The notes under the pieces are model-generated. The model was not told where the DNA came from. It did no database searches and worked only from the letters and a program-made list of their open reading frames with translations. The position numbers were made by a program, and so were the translations under genes. From contig CAKRZX010000002.1 in NCBI GenBank assembly GCA_934434555.1, positions 22,376 through 86,375 on the forward strand: a stretch of DNA of 64,000 nucleotides, given 5' to 3'. The stretch's first letter is position 1, and each line of letters opens with the position of its first letter. Positions 18,682 through 27,859 of the stretch are shown here, one piece after another. The stretch comes from an uncultured Clostridia bacterium. GTDB taxonomy: Bacteria > Bacillota > Clostridia > Christensenellales > QALW01.

Positions 18682-19812
18682 ATGAAAATATCAATGATAG
18701 GGCATAAGGCCGTGCCGTCAACAAGAGGCGGAATAGAAACGGTGCTTACAAACCTTTGCCCGATTTTAGTAAAAAAGGGAGCGGAAGTCGTATGCTTCAA
18801 CCGAAGTTCCGACCGCGCTGAACCGGAATTTATCAGTGAAATTAAGGACGGGAAATACAAAGACGTTACAATTAAGAAGGCGGGTACACTGAACATAAAC
18901 GGAGTTTCCGCGTTGCTTGCGTCCTTTTCGGCGGCATTTGCCTGCCTCTTTAATAAAAGCGACATAATACACTTTCACGCCGAGGGTCCGTCGGCAGCAA
19001 TATTTCTGCCGAAAATGTTCGGTAAAAAATGCGTTGCCACGGTTCACGGGCTTGACTGGCAGAGGGATAAGTGGAAAAACGGCTTGGGCGCAAAGTATAT
19101 TAAGTTCGGCGAAAAAATGATTGCAAAGCACGCCGACGGAATTATAGTTTTAAACCGCAGTACAAAAGATTATTTCAAAAAAACGTATAACCGTGATTCC
19201 GTAATTATTTATAACGGCGTGAATAATCCCGAAATAATTGACGATGATATAATTTCCGCAAAATTCGGACTGAAAAAGGACGGTTATATATGCGTTGTTG
19301 CAAGGCTTACCGAGGAAAAGGGAATCCTCTGCCTTATAGATGCATTTAAGGGAATAAAAACGGATAAAAAACTTGTTATCTGCGGCGAGGGAAACGGCGA
19401 TTACACGAAAAAATTGAAAAAGGCGGCAGAGGGAAATGAGAATATTATCTTTACCGGGTTCATTTCCGGAATAACGCTTGCGTCAATGTATTCAAGTGCG
19501 TATCTTGTCTGTCAGACGTCCAATATTGAGGGTATGTCAATAAGCCTTTTGGAGGCGCTTTCCTATTCAAATGCGGTGCTGTGTTCGGATATTCCGGAAA
19601 ATTCCGATGTGTGCGGCGGGAATGCCGTATATTTCCGAAAAAACGACAGCGGCGACTTAAAAGAAAAACTTGAAATGATGCTGAATAATAAAGATGTTGT
19701 TGAAAAACTCAGGCTTACTGCATCGGAAAGTGTTCTTTCAAGATTTTCCTGGGAAAAGAACGCCGAACAGACACTTGAATTCTATGAAAATATACTGAAA
19801 GGGGCAAATTGA
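18682..19812 (+). CDS. GT4 family glycosyltransferase
   Basis: MKISMIGHKAVPSTRGGIETV begins the protein, and an EX7E-type motif (EGMSISLLEALS) is present. The start was moved to 18682. Confidence 0.88.
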   Translation: MKISMIGHKAVPSTRGGIETVLTNLCPILVKKGAEVVCFNRSSDRAEPEFISEIKDGKYKDVTIKKAGTLNINGVSALLASFSAAFACLFNKSDIIHFHAEGPSAAIFLPKMFGKKCVATVHGLDWQRDKWKNGLGAKYIKFGEKMIAKHADGIIVLNRSTKDYFKKTYNRDSVIIYNGVNNPEIIDDDIISAKFGLKKDGYICVVARLTEEKGILCLIDAFKGIKTDKKLVICGEGNGDYTKKLKKAAEGNENIIFTGFISGITLASMYSSAYLVCQTSNIEGMSISLLEALSYSNAVLCSDIPENSDVCGGNAVYFRKNDSGDLKEKLEMMLNNKDVVEKLRLTASESVLSRFSWEKNAEQTLEFYENILKGAN

Positions 19813-21020
19813 ATATGAACGAAGTTTTCAGGCATATTTGCTTGCAGGCGGAAAAAACACTTTCAGCAGAAGAACTTGATTTGTTGAAAAATACGTTTAC
19901 GCTTATAAAATGTGACGGCAACCTGTTTGTGTTCGGATACAGGGACAAAGCCGCGTACAATGAATTTTTGGCAAAAAACAAGAATGCTTTGCGCAGCGCG
20001 TGCGGCGAGGTCTGCGGACAGATGCCCGATATAAGGTTCAGATTTTTGAAGAAAAAACGCGAAAGCGAAGATAAGCGTGAAAAGAACTGTAAAAAAGGTA
20101 TAAAAAATGTAGTTGCGTCGCTTATCTGCCTTGTACTTGCATTTGTTTTGGGTGTTATAAGCGTAAACTATATAGCAAACAGAAATTTTAAGGAAGATTT
20201 CTATTCCGTAAGCATAGCGCGGACGGCTGAAAATTTCAGGGTGATTCAACTTTCCGACCTGCACAACTGCTCTTACGGAACGGACAACAAAAATCTGCTT
20301 GACAGAATTACAAAACTCAGACCCGATATCATCGTTCTTACCGGCGACTGCCTTGACGAAAACGGCGATGTTGAACAGATTGTCCGCTTCTGCCGTGCTT
20401 TAAGGGAAATTGCTCCCGTGTATTATATTTACGGCAATAATGAGTGCAGACGGGCATTTTCATCGGTTATGACACTTGAAAGTCTTGATTCGCTTATAGA
20501 CGCAACGGACGAAAACAGAGATGTAAAAAAACTTTACGCTCTTGACAACGGCTTAAAAGCAACGCTTGAATCGAGCGGCATAAAGGTGCTGTTTAACGAA
20601 AGCGACAGCATTACGGTGGGAGAAAACAAAATCCGTATTTTCGGAACGCTCACGTCAAACCCGTCGGCATTCTGGCAGTATGCGGGAGCGGAATTCAGCA
20701 AATTCATAACGGAAAACAGCGATGAAATCAAACTGTTTCTATGCCACGAACCGCTGCTTATCGAAACGATAAAAGAGCCTTATTGGGGCGATTTGGTGCT
20801 TTCGGGCGATACTCACGGGGGAGAAGCGAGAATCCCCGGATTGGGCGCGGTGTATTCACGATCTTTCGGGTTTTTCCCCGAAAGAAGCAAGCATATGATA
20901 TACGGAAAATATACTTCCGGCGATTCACAGGTAATAGTAAGTTCGGGGCTTGAAAACAAAAACCCTTTAAGGATATTCAATCAGCCCGAAATAGCGATAA
21001 TCGACATTAACAAGTATTAA
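19809..21020 (+). CDS. Membrane-anchored calcineurin-like metallophosphoesterase with a DnaA-N-like N-terminal domain
   Basis: Phosphoesterase motifs are present: LSDLHN, LTGDCLDE, GNNE, LCHEP and SGDTHGG. A single TM (VVASLICLVLAFVLGVISV) lies in the middle. The roughly 80 N-terminal residues follow the DnaA domain I pattern. ATG at 19815 is an alternative start. Confidence 0.8.
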   Translation: MNMNEVFRHICLQAEKTLSAEELDLLKNTFTLIKCDGNLFVFGYRDKAAYNEFLAKNKNALRSACGEVCGQMPDIRFRFLKKKRESEDKREKNCKKGIKNVVASLICLVLAFVLGVISVNYIANRNFKEDFYSVSIARTAENFRVIQLSDLHNCSYGTDNKNLLDRITKLRPDIIVLTGDCLDENGDVEQIVRFCRALREIAPVYYIYGNNECRRAFSSVMTLESLDSLIDATDENRDVKKLYALDNGLKATLESSGIKVLFNESDSITVGENKIRIFGTLTSNPSAFWQYAGAEFSKFITENSDEIKLFLCHEPLLIETIKEPYWGDLVLSGDTHGGEARIPGLGAVYSRSFGFFPERSKHMIYGKYTSGDSQVIVSSGLENKNPLRIFNQPEIAIIDINKY

Positions 21021-21035
21021 GGAGGTGCTTTTTGA

Positions 21036-22400
21036 TTGATACCACAGATAATTAAGGCGGCGGTGATTTTAGTATCGTTTTTTCTGTTTGCCCGGGCGGC
21101 GGTCGTTTTTTATAAAAAGTCGCGGCATCAAACGAAAAGTCAGACAAAAGCGGAATTAAAAAAGGTGAAAATCTTTTCTTTCGGCGCGTTCGTGTATGCA
21201 ATTATAATCTGTTTTTGTTTTACTCTTGCATCCTACTTTGATACCGCAAAACAGGCAAGCGCGGTTGTTGCGCTTAACTATGCCGAGGCTTCTTTGGGGC
21301 AGAACGTAAACGGAACAAGGTTCAATATGTCCGAAATAATCTCCGACGACGTTATGAAAAGAGTAATAAAAAAAGGCGGATTCGATGATTTGACCGTTGA
21401 CGACTTAAAAGAATGTTTCAGCGTTTCGGCACTGAATCAGGGCAATTCCTATTCAAAGGACAAGTATCATATTTCAACCGAGTTTGCGGTGCAGTATCAG
21501 GCAAGCAAAAAAACGAAAAAATATGATTCAAATGCGGTGGTGCAACTTCTGTGCAATTCTTACCGTGATTATTACTTTGACAATTACGTAAACGACTTTC
21601 AACTGCTTAACGATGAGCGGACGGCGGACGGGCTTGATTATATTGATGCCGCCGACCTTTTAAGCAAGCGCGCGAACAATATTCTGAACTATCTTTACGG
21701 ACTTCGGGAGAAAAATTCTGCGTTTATTTCATCAAACGGCTCAACGTTTGCTTCCGTTGCGGCAAAAGTCGAACTGCTTTCGTCGGCACAGATAAACGAT
21801 TCGGTTTATTCCTTTATTCTGCAAAACGGAATTTCAAAGGACAGCGAAAAACTTATCAGTCGGTATACGTATACGAATATTCTGTACGGGTACGACAAGC
21901 AGAAAGTGCAGCAGGCATACAGCATAACAAACAGTGCCGTTGCAAAGTACGATAAGGATATGGCGCGTATAGTGCTCGTTCCCACATGGGATAACGACGG
22001 GCAGTATTACATGGGACGCACGAAAATAGGAATTGATACTCTTTCGAAGCAGTCGGTTTCGTACAGCAATAGTATTGCGTCAATCGAAAAAAGCATAAAG
22101 GACAATGAACTGAAAATAGAAAAGTTCAAATCCGCGGCGGGCAACAGTGAAGAAAACAGGGAATATGTTGCGTCGCTTATATCGTCTGCGGAAAAGAGCC
22201 TCGAAGAATTGGCACACGAGGCGAGGGCAATAGGTCAGGAATACTATTCAAGTCAGATGAACGAATGTATTTCCGCAGCCGTTTATCAGGGAACATTGTT
22301 TTCAAAAGCAAAAGTGTTAGCGCTTGTTACGGTATTGGCGTACATTGCATTTTGGGCAAAAAAGTCGTCGGAGAAATTCGGCGCTCACGAAGAGGACTAA
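21036..22400 (+). CDS. Polysaccharide co-polymerase (Wzz/PCP)-like membrane protein
   Basis: TM segments sit at both ends and flank a region of about 350 aa. The N-proximal stretch (ASAVVALNYAEASLGQNVNGTRFNMSEIISDDVMKRVI) is paralogous to the same region of the next gene. TTG start after ggagg. Confidence 0.55.
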   Translation: MIPQIIKAAVILVSFFLFARAAVVFYKKSRHQTKSQTKAELKKVKIFSFGAFVYAIIICFCFTLASYFDTAKQASAVVALNYAEASLGQNVNGTRFNMSEIISDDVMKRVIKKGGFDDLTVDDLKECFSVSALNQGNSYSKDKYHISTEFAVQYQASKKTKKYDSNAVVQLLCNSYRDYYFDNYVNDFQLLNDERTADGLDYIDAADLLSKRANNILNYLYGLREKNSAFISSNGSTFASVAAKVELLSSAQINDSVYSFILQNGISKDSEKLISRYTYTNILYGYDKQKVQQAYSITNSAVAKYDKDMARIVLVPTWDNDGQYYMGRTKIGIDTLSKQSVSYSNSIASIEKSIKDNELKIEKFKSAAGNSEENREYVASLISSAEKSLEELAHEARAIGQEYYSSQMNECISAAVYQGTLFSKAKVLALVTVLAYIAFWAKKSSEKFGAHEED

Positions 22401-22412
22401 GGAGGTGCTTCC

Positions 22413-24293
22413 GTGGAAGAGAAAAATGTTTTTGGGCTTATAAAAAAACTGCTCCCGTATGTAGTGGTGCTTGCTTTGATTCTTACCGCTTTTATCGGGG
22501 CTGCTTTAAGAAAACAGCAGAAATATATTGCGTCGGCGGTAATAAGTTATAATTTCAAATCCGCCGAGGAAGGTAAGACACCCGCGGGAACGGATTTGGA
22601 CGTGAATGAAATAAAGTCGTCGGCAATATTGAGTAAGGCGATAGAAAAACTTTCGCTTTCAGCCGAATATTCGGCAGATAAACTTTCGTCACGAATAAGC
22701 ATTACACCCGTGCCCGACCCCGACAAAGAGGCACAGAAGAAGGCAAAACTTGAAGAGGGCGAAGAATATGTCTATGTCCCTTCAACGTATATTGTTGCTT
22801 TTGCCGCAACAAGCAGAGAAGGCAGCCGTTTTGCACAAAGTATGCTTGATGAGATACTTGACGCCTATTTTTCGATTTTCGGAGAAAACAACATAAATGT
22901 TGAGCACATAAGCAATAACATTAAGGAAATCTACAATAACGATTACGATTATCTGCGTATGGTGGAACATATCGATGACAATATCGAAAACACCGTAAAT
23001 ATGCTCTATCAGCGCGACAGTGCATATCCGTACTACCGTTCCACCGAAACGGGAATGTCTTTCGGGGATATTATCGGCCGCTTTGAATTTATAAGAAACG
23101 TGAACCTTAAAGACCTGTATTCCGAAATATACGATTATCAGATAACAAAAAGCAAAAGCCTGCTTAACGCATACTACGATACGAGAATAGACAACAACAG
23201 GATAACCGGCTCGAATGAAATGAAGATGTTCGATGACATCGAAGAAGTTATTGATGCTTATGTGTTCAAAATGCGTGAATCGGGAAACACGAACATAACG
23301 TACGAGTATATCATGAAAGAAGTCCACAACAAGGATATTACCGACGGCAAGGGGAATATTATAACGAAGGTTGACCAGACCGTAACGTACGATGAACTTC
23401 TTTATGCGTGGCGCGATCACGATCTTAATGATGCATATGCAACCGTTGATACCGCCTATTGCAGGTATGTGCTGGATTCTTTCAATTCCTGCACCGGCGC
23501 GTGTGAAAACGGCGAATGCGGACATTCTGATAAAACCTGTGTGCAGCTTTCCGACCCGGAATATTCCGGGAGAGAAAAAGATGCAGAAGAAAAACTTGAA
23601 GCCATAGTGGAAGAACTGAATGTCCTTTACGATAAAACCGTTACGGCAAACAGCGAGTATAACGGATATTTGGGCTGTAAGAATATTTCGATTCTTTCTT
23701 CACCGTCAACAAACGAAAGCATAAACGTAACGCTTTACAGCATTATAGCCTTTGTATTCATAATGGTTATCTGCTGCGGCGGACTTATTCTCATAGGCAG
23801 AATGAATGATATTGTTATTGCAAACTTCTATGTTGACAAGCGCACAGGATTCTATAACAGGGCGTATTTTGACAAATTCCTGCAAAAGAAGAGCAGGAGC
23901 ATTATTGACGACGGCACGGTCATAGTTTCGGTTTCCATAAAGAATCAGCGTGAGATAAACAAAGAATTCGGGCGAAGTGCGGGCGATGAAGTTATCGAAC
24001 TGTTTGCGCAGAACCTGAAAACGGCTTTCTCAAAGATGAACGCAATGTTTGTTTATAACGAAAACACGCACTTTATTTTGGTAATAGACAAAACAGATTC
24101 CATTACCGCAGAGGACGCTGTGCAGACTTTCGCGGTGTATATCGAGAACAGGGAATCGTCGGAAAACGTTGATATTAAATATTCCGTTGGCGTTGCCGAA
24201 ACGTTCAGGGAAAAGATAAAATCGGCAAGGGCACTGCTTGTTGAAGCCATAAAGAACAGCAAGGATTTTGAGGCGCTGCCGAAAGCAAAATAA
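22413..24293 (+). CDS. Wzz/PCP-like co-polymerase fused to a C-terminal degenerate GGDEF domain
   Basis: The order is TM1 (LLPYVVVLALILTAFIGAAL), a Wzz-like segment (ASAVISYNFKS..GTDLDVNEIKSSAILSKAIEKLSL), a long external region with CTGACENGECGHSDKTC, then TM2 (LYSIIAFVFIMVICCGGLILIG). A GGDEF fold follows (DKRTGFYNRAYF..INKEFGRSAGDEVI). Its GG(D/E)EF position reads NENTH, its I-site position reads SKMN and its DxD position reads SVSIK. Confidence 0.75.
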   Translation: MEEKNVFGLIKKLLPYVVVLALILTAFIGAALRKQQKYIASAVISYNFKSAEEGKTPAGTDLDVNEIKSSAILSKAIEKLSLSAEYSADKLSSRISITPVPDPDKEAQKKAKLEEGEEYVYVPSTYIVAFAATSREGSRFAQSMLDEILDAYFSIFGENNINVEHISNNIKEIYNNDYDYLRMVEHIDDNIENTVNMLYQRDSAYPYYRSTETGMSFGDIIGRFEFIRNVNLKDLYSEIYDYQITKSKSLLNAYYDTRIDNNRITGSNEMKMFDDIEEVIDAYVFKMRESGNTNITYEYIMKEVHNKDITDGKGNIITKVDQTVTYDELLYAWRDHDLNDAYATVDTAYCRYVLDSFNSCTGACENGECGHSDKTCVQLSDPEYSGREKDAEEKLEAIVEELNVLYDKTVTANSEYNGYLGCKNISILSSPSTNESINVTLYSIIAFVFIMVICCGGLILIGRMNDIVIANFYVDKRTGFYNRAYFDKFLQKKSRSIIDDGTVIVSVSIKNQREINKEFGRSAGDEVIELFAQNLKTAFSKMNAMFVYNENTHFILVIDKTDSITAEDAVQTFAVYIENRESSENVDIKYSVGVAETFREKIKSARALLVEAIKNSKDFEALPKAK

Positions 24294-24308
24294 CAGGGAG
24301 GGCAAAAC

Positions 24309-25574
24309 GTGAAAAAGGGGATAGACGCGGTAATAAAAACATACTTTCTTTCCGTTATGTTTTTAATGTACTATTTCATAACCCAGGAAACTTCCGTTGG
24401 CGGTATAGGCATTACTCTGCGTCACGTTTTTGCCCTTTTGCTTATTGTTTCGGCATTCGTGTACTTTCTCTTTTCACCGGATATTGCACGGGGGGCGGTT
24501 ACGGTAAAATCTTCACTTGTATTCGCCGTGCCGCTGGCGATAACGCTTGTTTCGTCAATGCTTGTGTGGGTAATTGAAAAAAGCGCCGCATCAACTATTG
24601 CCCGCGGACTTTCAAGCAGCATAATTTATATGAATGTTTTTTCCTGCTCGCTGGCGGCGGGAAGCGTGCTGTATGTGTTCGGTGAGGACGGAATCTGGTT
24701 CAACCTTGCCGCGATAGTTGCGTCAAACCTTGTTATGATTTTTCAGATTATACTTTCCGACGGCGCGGGCACGTTTTTTTTGGAATTTGTCCGCCTTGTG
24801 GCAACTTTTGCGTCCGACACGGGCGAGACGATAGTAAAGGCTGAAATTCACGAACTTGCTTTCTGTCTGGGGGCGTATATAATTTATATGCTTCTGAAAC
24901 CCAAAAAGAAAGTGTGGTTCTGGGTGCTTTTTGCGTTAGCCTGTTTCTGCTTTGTTGCGGCGTTAAAGCGTATTGCGGTAATTGCAATTTTCGCGGCGAT
25001 CTCAATAAGACTTCTGCTTTTGCTCCCGGGAATAATCTCACAAAAGGCGGTGTCGCGCACGGCAAACGGAATGATGATTCTGTGCATTCTGCTGCTTGTG
25101 GGCTATATCTATATAATAAGCGCCGATGCGTTTACCTATCTTGAAAAAGCGGGCATAGATACAAGCGGGCGGGCGAATATATATTCTTACGTAAAAGACT
25201 TCTACACCTTTTCGCCCCTCTTTCCGGGACGGGGAATAGGATTTTTAACATATCAACTTTATGAAAAGACGTCAATCGGTGTGTCATCGGTGCATAACGA
25301 CTTTTTGCAGTTCTATATCGATTTGGGCTTTTGGGGATATATTCTTTGGCTGATTTCAATGACTTTTCTGCGCACAATGTATTTCGGTAAAAACGACGCC
25401 GATACCGCGGCTGTTACGGCGGCGCTTACCGTATATCTGTTAATAGTTTCAAGTACCGATAATACTATGAATTATCCGCTTGTTACTACCGTTATGGGCG
25501 TTTTGATTATGGGCAACGGATTCGGTAAAAAGGTTGAGGCACAGCAAAAATATTTTGAAAGCCGACCCGTATAA
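24309..25574 (+). CDS. wzy: O-antigen/EPS polymerase (Wzy, O-antigen ligase family)
   Basis: The 421-aa polytopic protein has the Wzy_C-like stretch SSVHNDFLQFYIDLGFWGYILWL. GTG start after gggaggg. Confidence 0.8.
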   Translation: MKKGIDAVIKTYFLSVMFLMYYFITQETSVGGIGITLRHVFALLLIVSAFVYFLFSPDIARGAVTVKSSLVFAVPLAITLVSSMLVWVIEKSAASTIARGLSSSIIYMNVFSCSLAAGSVLYVFGEDGIWFNLAAIVASNLVMIFQIILSDGAGTFFLEFVRLVATFASDTGETIVKAEIHELAFCLGAYIIYMLLKPKKKVWFWVLFALACFCFVAALKRIAVIAIFAAISIRLLLLLPGIISQKAVSRTANGMMILCILLLVGYIYIISADAFTYLEKAGIDTSGRANIYSYVKDFYTFSPLFPGRGIGFLTYQLYEKTSIGVSSVHNDFLQFYIDLGFWGYILWLISMTFLRTMYFGKNDADTAAVTAALTVYLLIVSSTDNTMNYPLVTTVMGVLIMGNGFGKKVEAQQKYFESRPV

Positions 25575-25588
25575 AAGAGAAAAAAATA

Positions 25589-26809
25589 ATGAAGATACTG
25601 TTTGTAAATAAATTTCTTTATCCCCGCGGCGGTGCGGAAAGTTATATGCTGGGGTTAGGCGAATACCTTTCAAAAATCGGACACGAAGTTCAGTATTTCG
25701 GTATGTCTGACGAAAAAAACACCGTGGGCAACAAAGCGGGGGCATATACCCCGAATATGGATTTTCATAAAAAAAGTTCCGAAAGATTCTTGTATCCGTT
25801 CAGAATAATATATTCCTTTGAGGCAAGAAGAAAGATCGGTAAGGCACTTGACGATATGAAACCCGATGTTGTGCACCTTAACAACATAAATTTTCAACTT
25901 ACGCCCTCGATAATCGATGAAATAAAAAAGCGCAATATTCCGCTTGTGTGGACATTGCACGACTACCAGCTTATCTGTCCCGCACATCTGCTTTACAACA
26001 GTGATAAAAACTGTGTTTGCGAAAAATGCGTGGGCAAAAGCAAAATATACTGTATCAAAAACAAATGCATTCATTCTTCGCGGATAAAAAGCATACTGGG
26101 CGCGGCGGAATCGTTCTTTTATAAAATAAAAGGTACGTACAAAAAGGTCGATTTATTTATTGCGCCAAGCAAATTTCTGTATTCAAAACTCGTGGCGGAT
26201 AACAGAAAAATGTTTGAAAACCGCACGGTAGTTTTGCATAATTACGTTGCAAAGCATACTGCGTCGGAAAACATAAAAAGCAAATTTCCGTTCCCGTATG
26301 TCGCTTTTGCGGGCAGGCTCAGTCAAGAGAAAGGCACGCGCATACTTAAAGAAACCGCAAGACTGCTTCCCAACGTTCAGTTCGTGGTTATGGGCGGCGG
26401 GGAAGAAGAAAATATGCTTAAAGAAGAGAAAAATATTCATCTTACCGGCTTTGTAACCGGTCAGATGCTTGTTGATAACGTTGCCGGTGCCCGTGCGGTG
26501 GCGGTGCCGTCGGTATGCTTTGAAAACTGTCCGATGACAATACTTGAAGCGCAAATGCTTTCTGTTCCCGCGGTTACAATGAATATGGGAGGAATGGCGG
26601 AACTTGTTGAGGACGGCAAGACGGGCGTGCTGGCGGAATCAGTCAATTCCCGTGCATTTGCCGCGGCGGTGGAAAATATTCTGTCGGACGATAAAAGGCT
26701 TGAACAGATGAAAGAGAATTGCAAAAAAGAGGCAGAAAACTTTCTCACGGTGGACAAGTATTGTGAAAGAATTCTTCGTTACTACAAAAAGGTTATTGAA
26801 AATGGTTGA
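25589..26809 (+). CDS. GT4 family glycosyltransferase
   Basis: MKILFVNKFLYPRGGAESY begins the protein, and the EX7E region ENCPMTILEAQMLSVPAV..ELVEDGKTG is present. Confidence 0.88.
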   Translation: MKILFVNKFLYPRGGAESYMLGLGEYLSKIGHEVQYFGMSDEKNTVGNKAGAYTPNMDFHKKSSERFLYPFRIIYSFEARRKIGKALDDMKPDVVHLNNINFQLTPSIIDEIKKRNIPLVWTLHDYQLICPAHLLYNSDKNCVCEKCVGKSKIYCIKNKCIHSSRIKSILGAAESFFYKIKGTYKKVDLFIAPSKFLYSKLVADNRKMFENRTVVLHNYVAKHTASENIKSKFPFPYVAFAGRLSQEKGTRILKETARLLPNVQFVVMGGGEEENMLKEEKNIHLTGFVTGQMLVDNVAGARAVAVPSVCFENCPMTILEAQMLSVPAVTMNMGGMAELVEDGKTGVLAESVNSRAFAAAVENILSDDKRLEQMKENCKKEAENFLTVDKYCERILRYYKKVIENG

Positions 26810-27857
26810 TGTAAGCATAATCGTTCCCGTGTTCAGGGTGGAAAAGTATCTTGACAGGTGCGTTGAATCCCTTGTACGGCAGACCTTAAAGAATATCGAA
26901 ATTATTCTTGTGGACGACGGGTCACCCGATTCGTGCCCCGAAATGTGCGATGAGTGGGCAAAGAAAGACAGCCGGATTAAAGTTATCCGCAAGGAAAATC
27001 AGGGGCTCGGGCTTGCAAGAAATTCGGGACTTGAAAAAGCAACGGGCGAATTTATAGGCTTTGTTGACCCGGACGATTTTGTCGCACCCGATATGTTTGA
27101 AAAACTTTTTCTTGCGGCAAGAAAGGAAAACGCGGATATTGCTATGAGCGGATTATGCTGTATCGGCGGTATAATGACGGAGAAAAAAGACGCGGAAGAA
27201 AGAATAAACTGCTTTGATAAATACTCCGTGTTCAGGGGAGAAAAAGAAATCAACAGGCTTATGCTTAATGTTTCGGGCGCGAAAGCGAAAGAAAAGCAGG
27301 ACAGCAAGTACGGATTCAGCAGCGTAAAGAACATTTACCGCAGCGAAGTAATAGAGAAAAATAATCTGCGCTTTCTTTCGGAAAGGGAAGTGGCAAGCGA
27401 GGACGTTTTCTTCCTGCTTGACTTTCTTCTTAAAGCGCAGTGCGCCGTGGGAATACCGGGGGCGTATTATTATTACTGCCGCAACGGCGAATCTCTTTCA
27501 AAAAGCTACCGTCCCGACCGCTTTGAAAAGTGCAAGGTAATCATTGACGGCATAAACGGACGATTGAAAACCCGTATGCCGGAGAACGAGTATAAAGTTT
27601 ATACCGACCGTCTGTTTCAGGCATATGCGCGGGCGGCATGTATGCAGGAAATTCAGTTTGCAGAACAAAACGGGCTGACGAAAAGGGAACTTGATTCGCA
27701 CCTGAAAGCGATTTGCGCGTCGCCGCGGCTTAAAAATACGCTAAAAAATTACCCTTGGCATAAACTTCCGTTCACGCAGGCGGCATTTGCGTTTACAATG
27801 AGGTTTTCGCTTATCGGGCTTCAAAAATTTCTTGTAAGGTTAAAAAGCGGGGTGTAA
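26802..27857 (+). CDS. GT2 family glycosyltransferase
   Basis: VSIIVPVFRVEKYLDRCVESLVRQTLKNIEIILVDDGSPD and FVDPDD are present. The start was moved to 26802 (MVDVS). Confidence 0.88.
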   Translation: MVDVSIIVPVFRVEKYLDRCVESLVRQTLKNIEIILVDDGSPDSCPEMCDEWAKKDSRIKVIRKENQGLGLARNSGLEKATGEFIGFVDPDDFVAPDMFEKLFLAARKENADIAMSGLCCIGGIMTEKKDAEERINCFDKYSVFRGEKEINRLMLNVSGAKAKEKQDSKYGFSSVKNIYRSEVIEKNNLRFLSEREVASEDVFFLLDFLLKAQCAVGIPGAYYYYCRNGESLSKSYRPDRFEKCKVIIDGINGRLKTRMPENEYKVYTDRLFQAYARAACMQEIQFAEQNGLTKRELDSHLKAICASPRLKNTLKNYPWHKLPFTQAAFAFTMRFSLIGLQKFLVRLKSGV

Positions 27858-27859
27858 AA

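Noticed and set aside
22782-23525. A 247-aa minus-strand ORF.
   Set aside because: It is antisense to the PCP-GGDEF gene, has no motifs and has a composition typical of a reverse-frame artefact.
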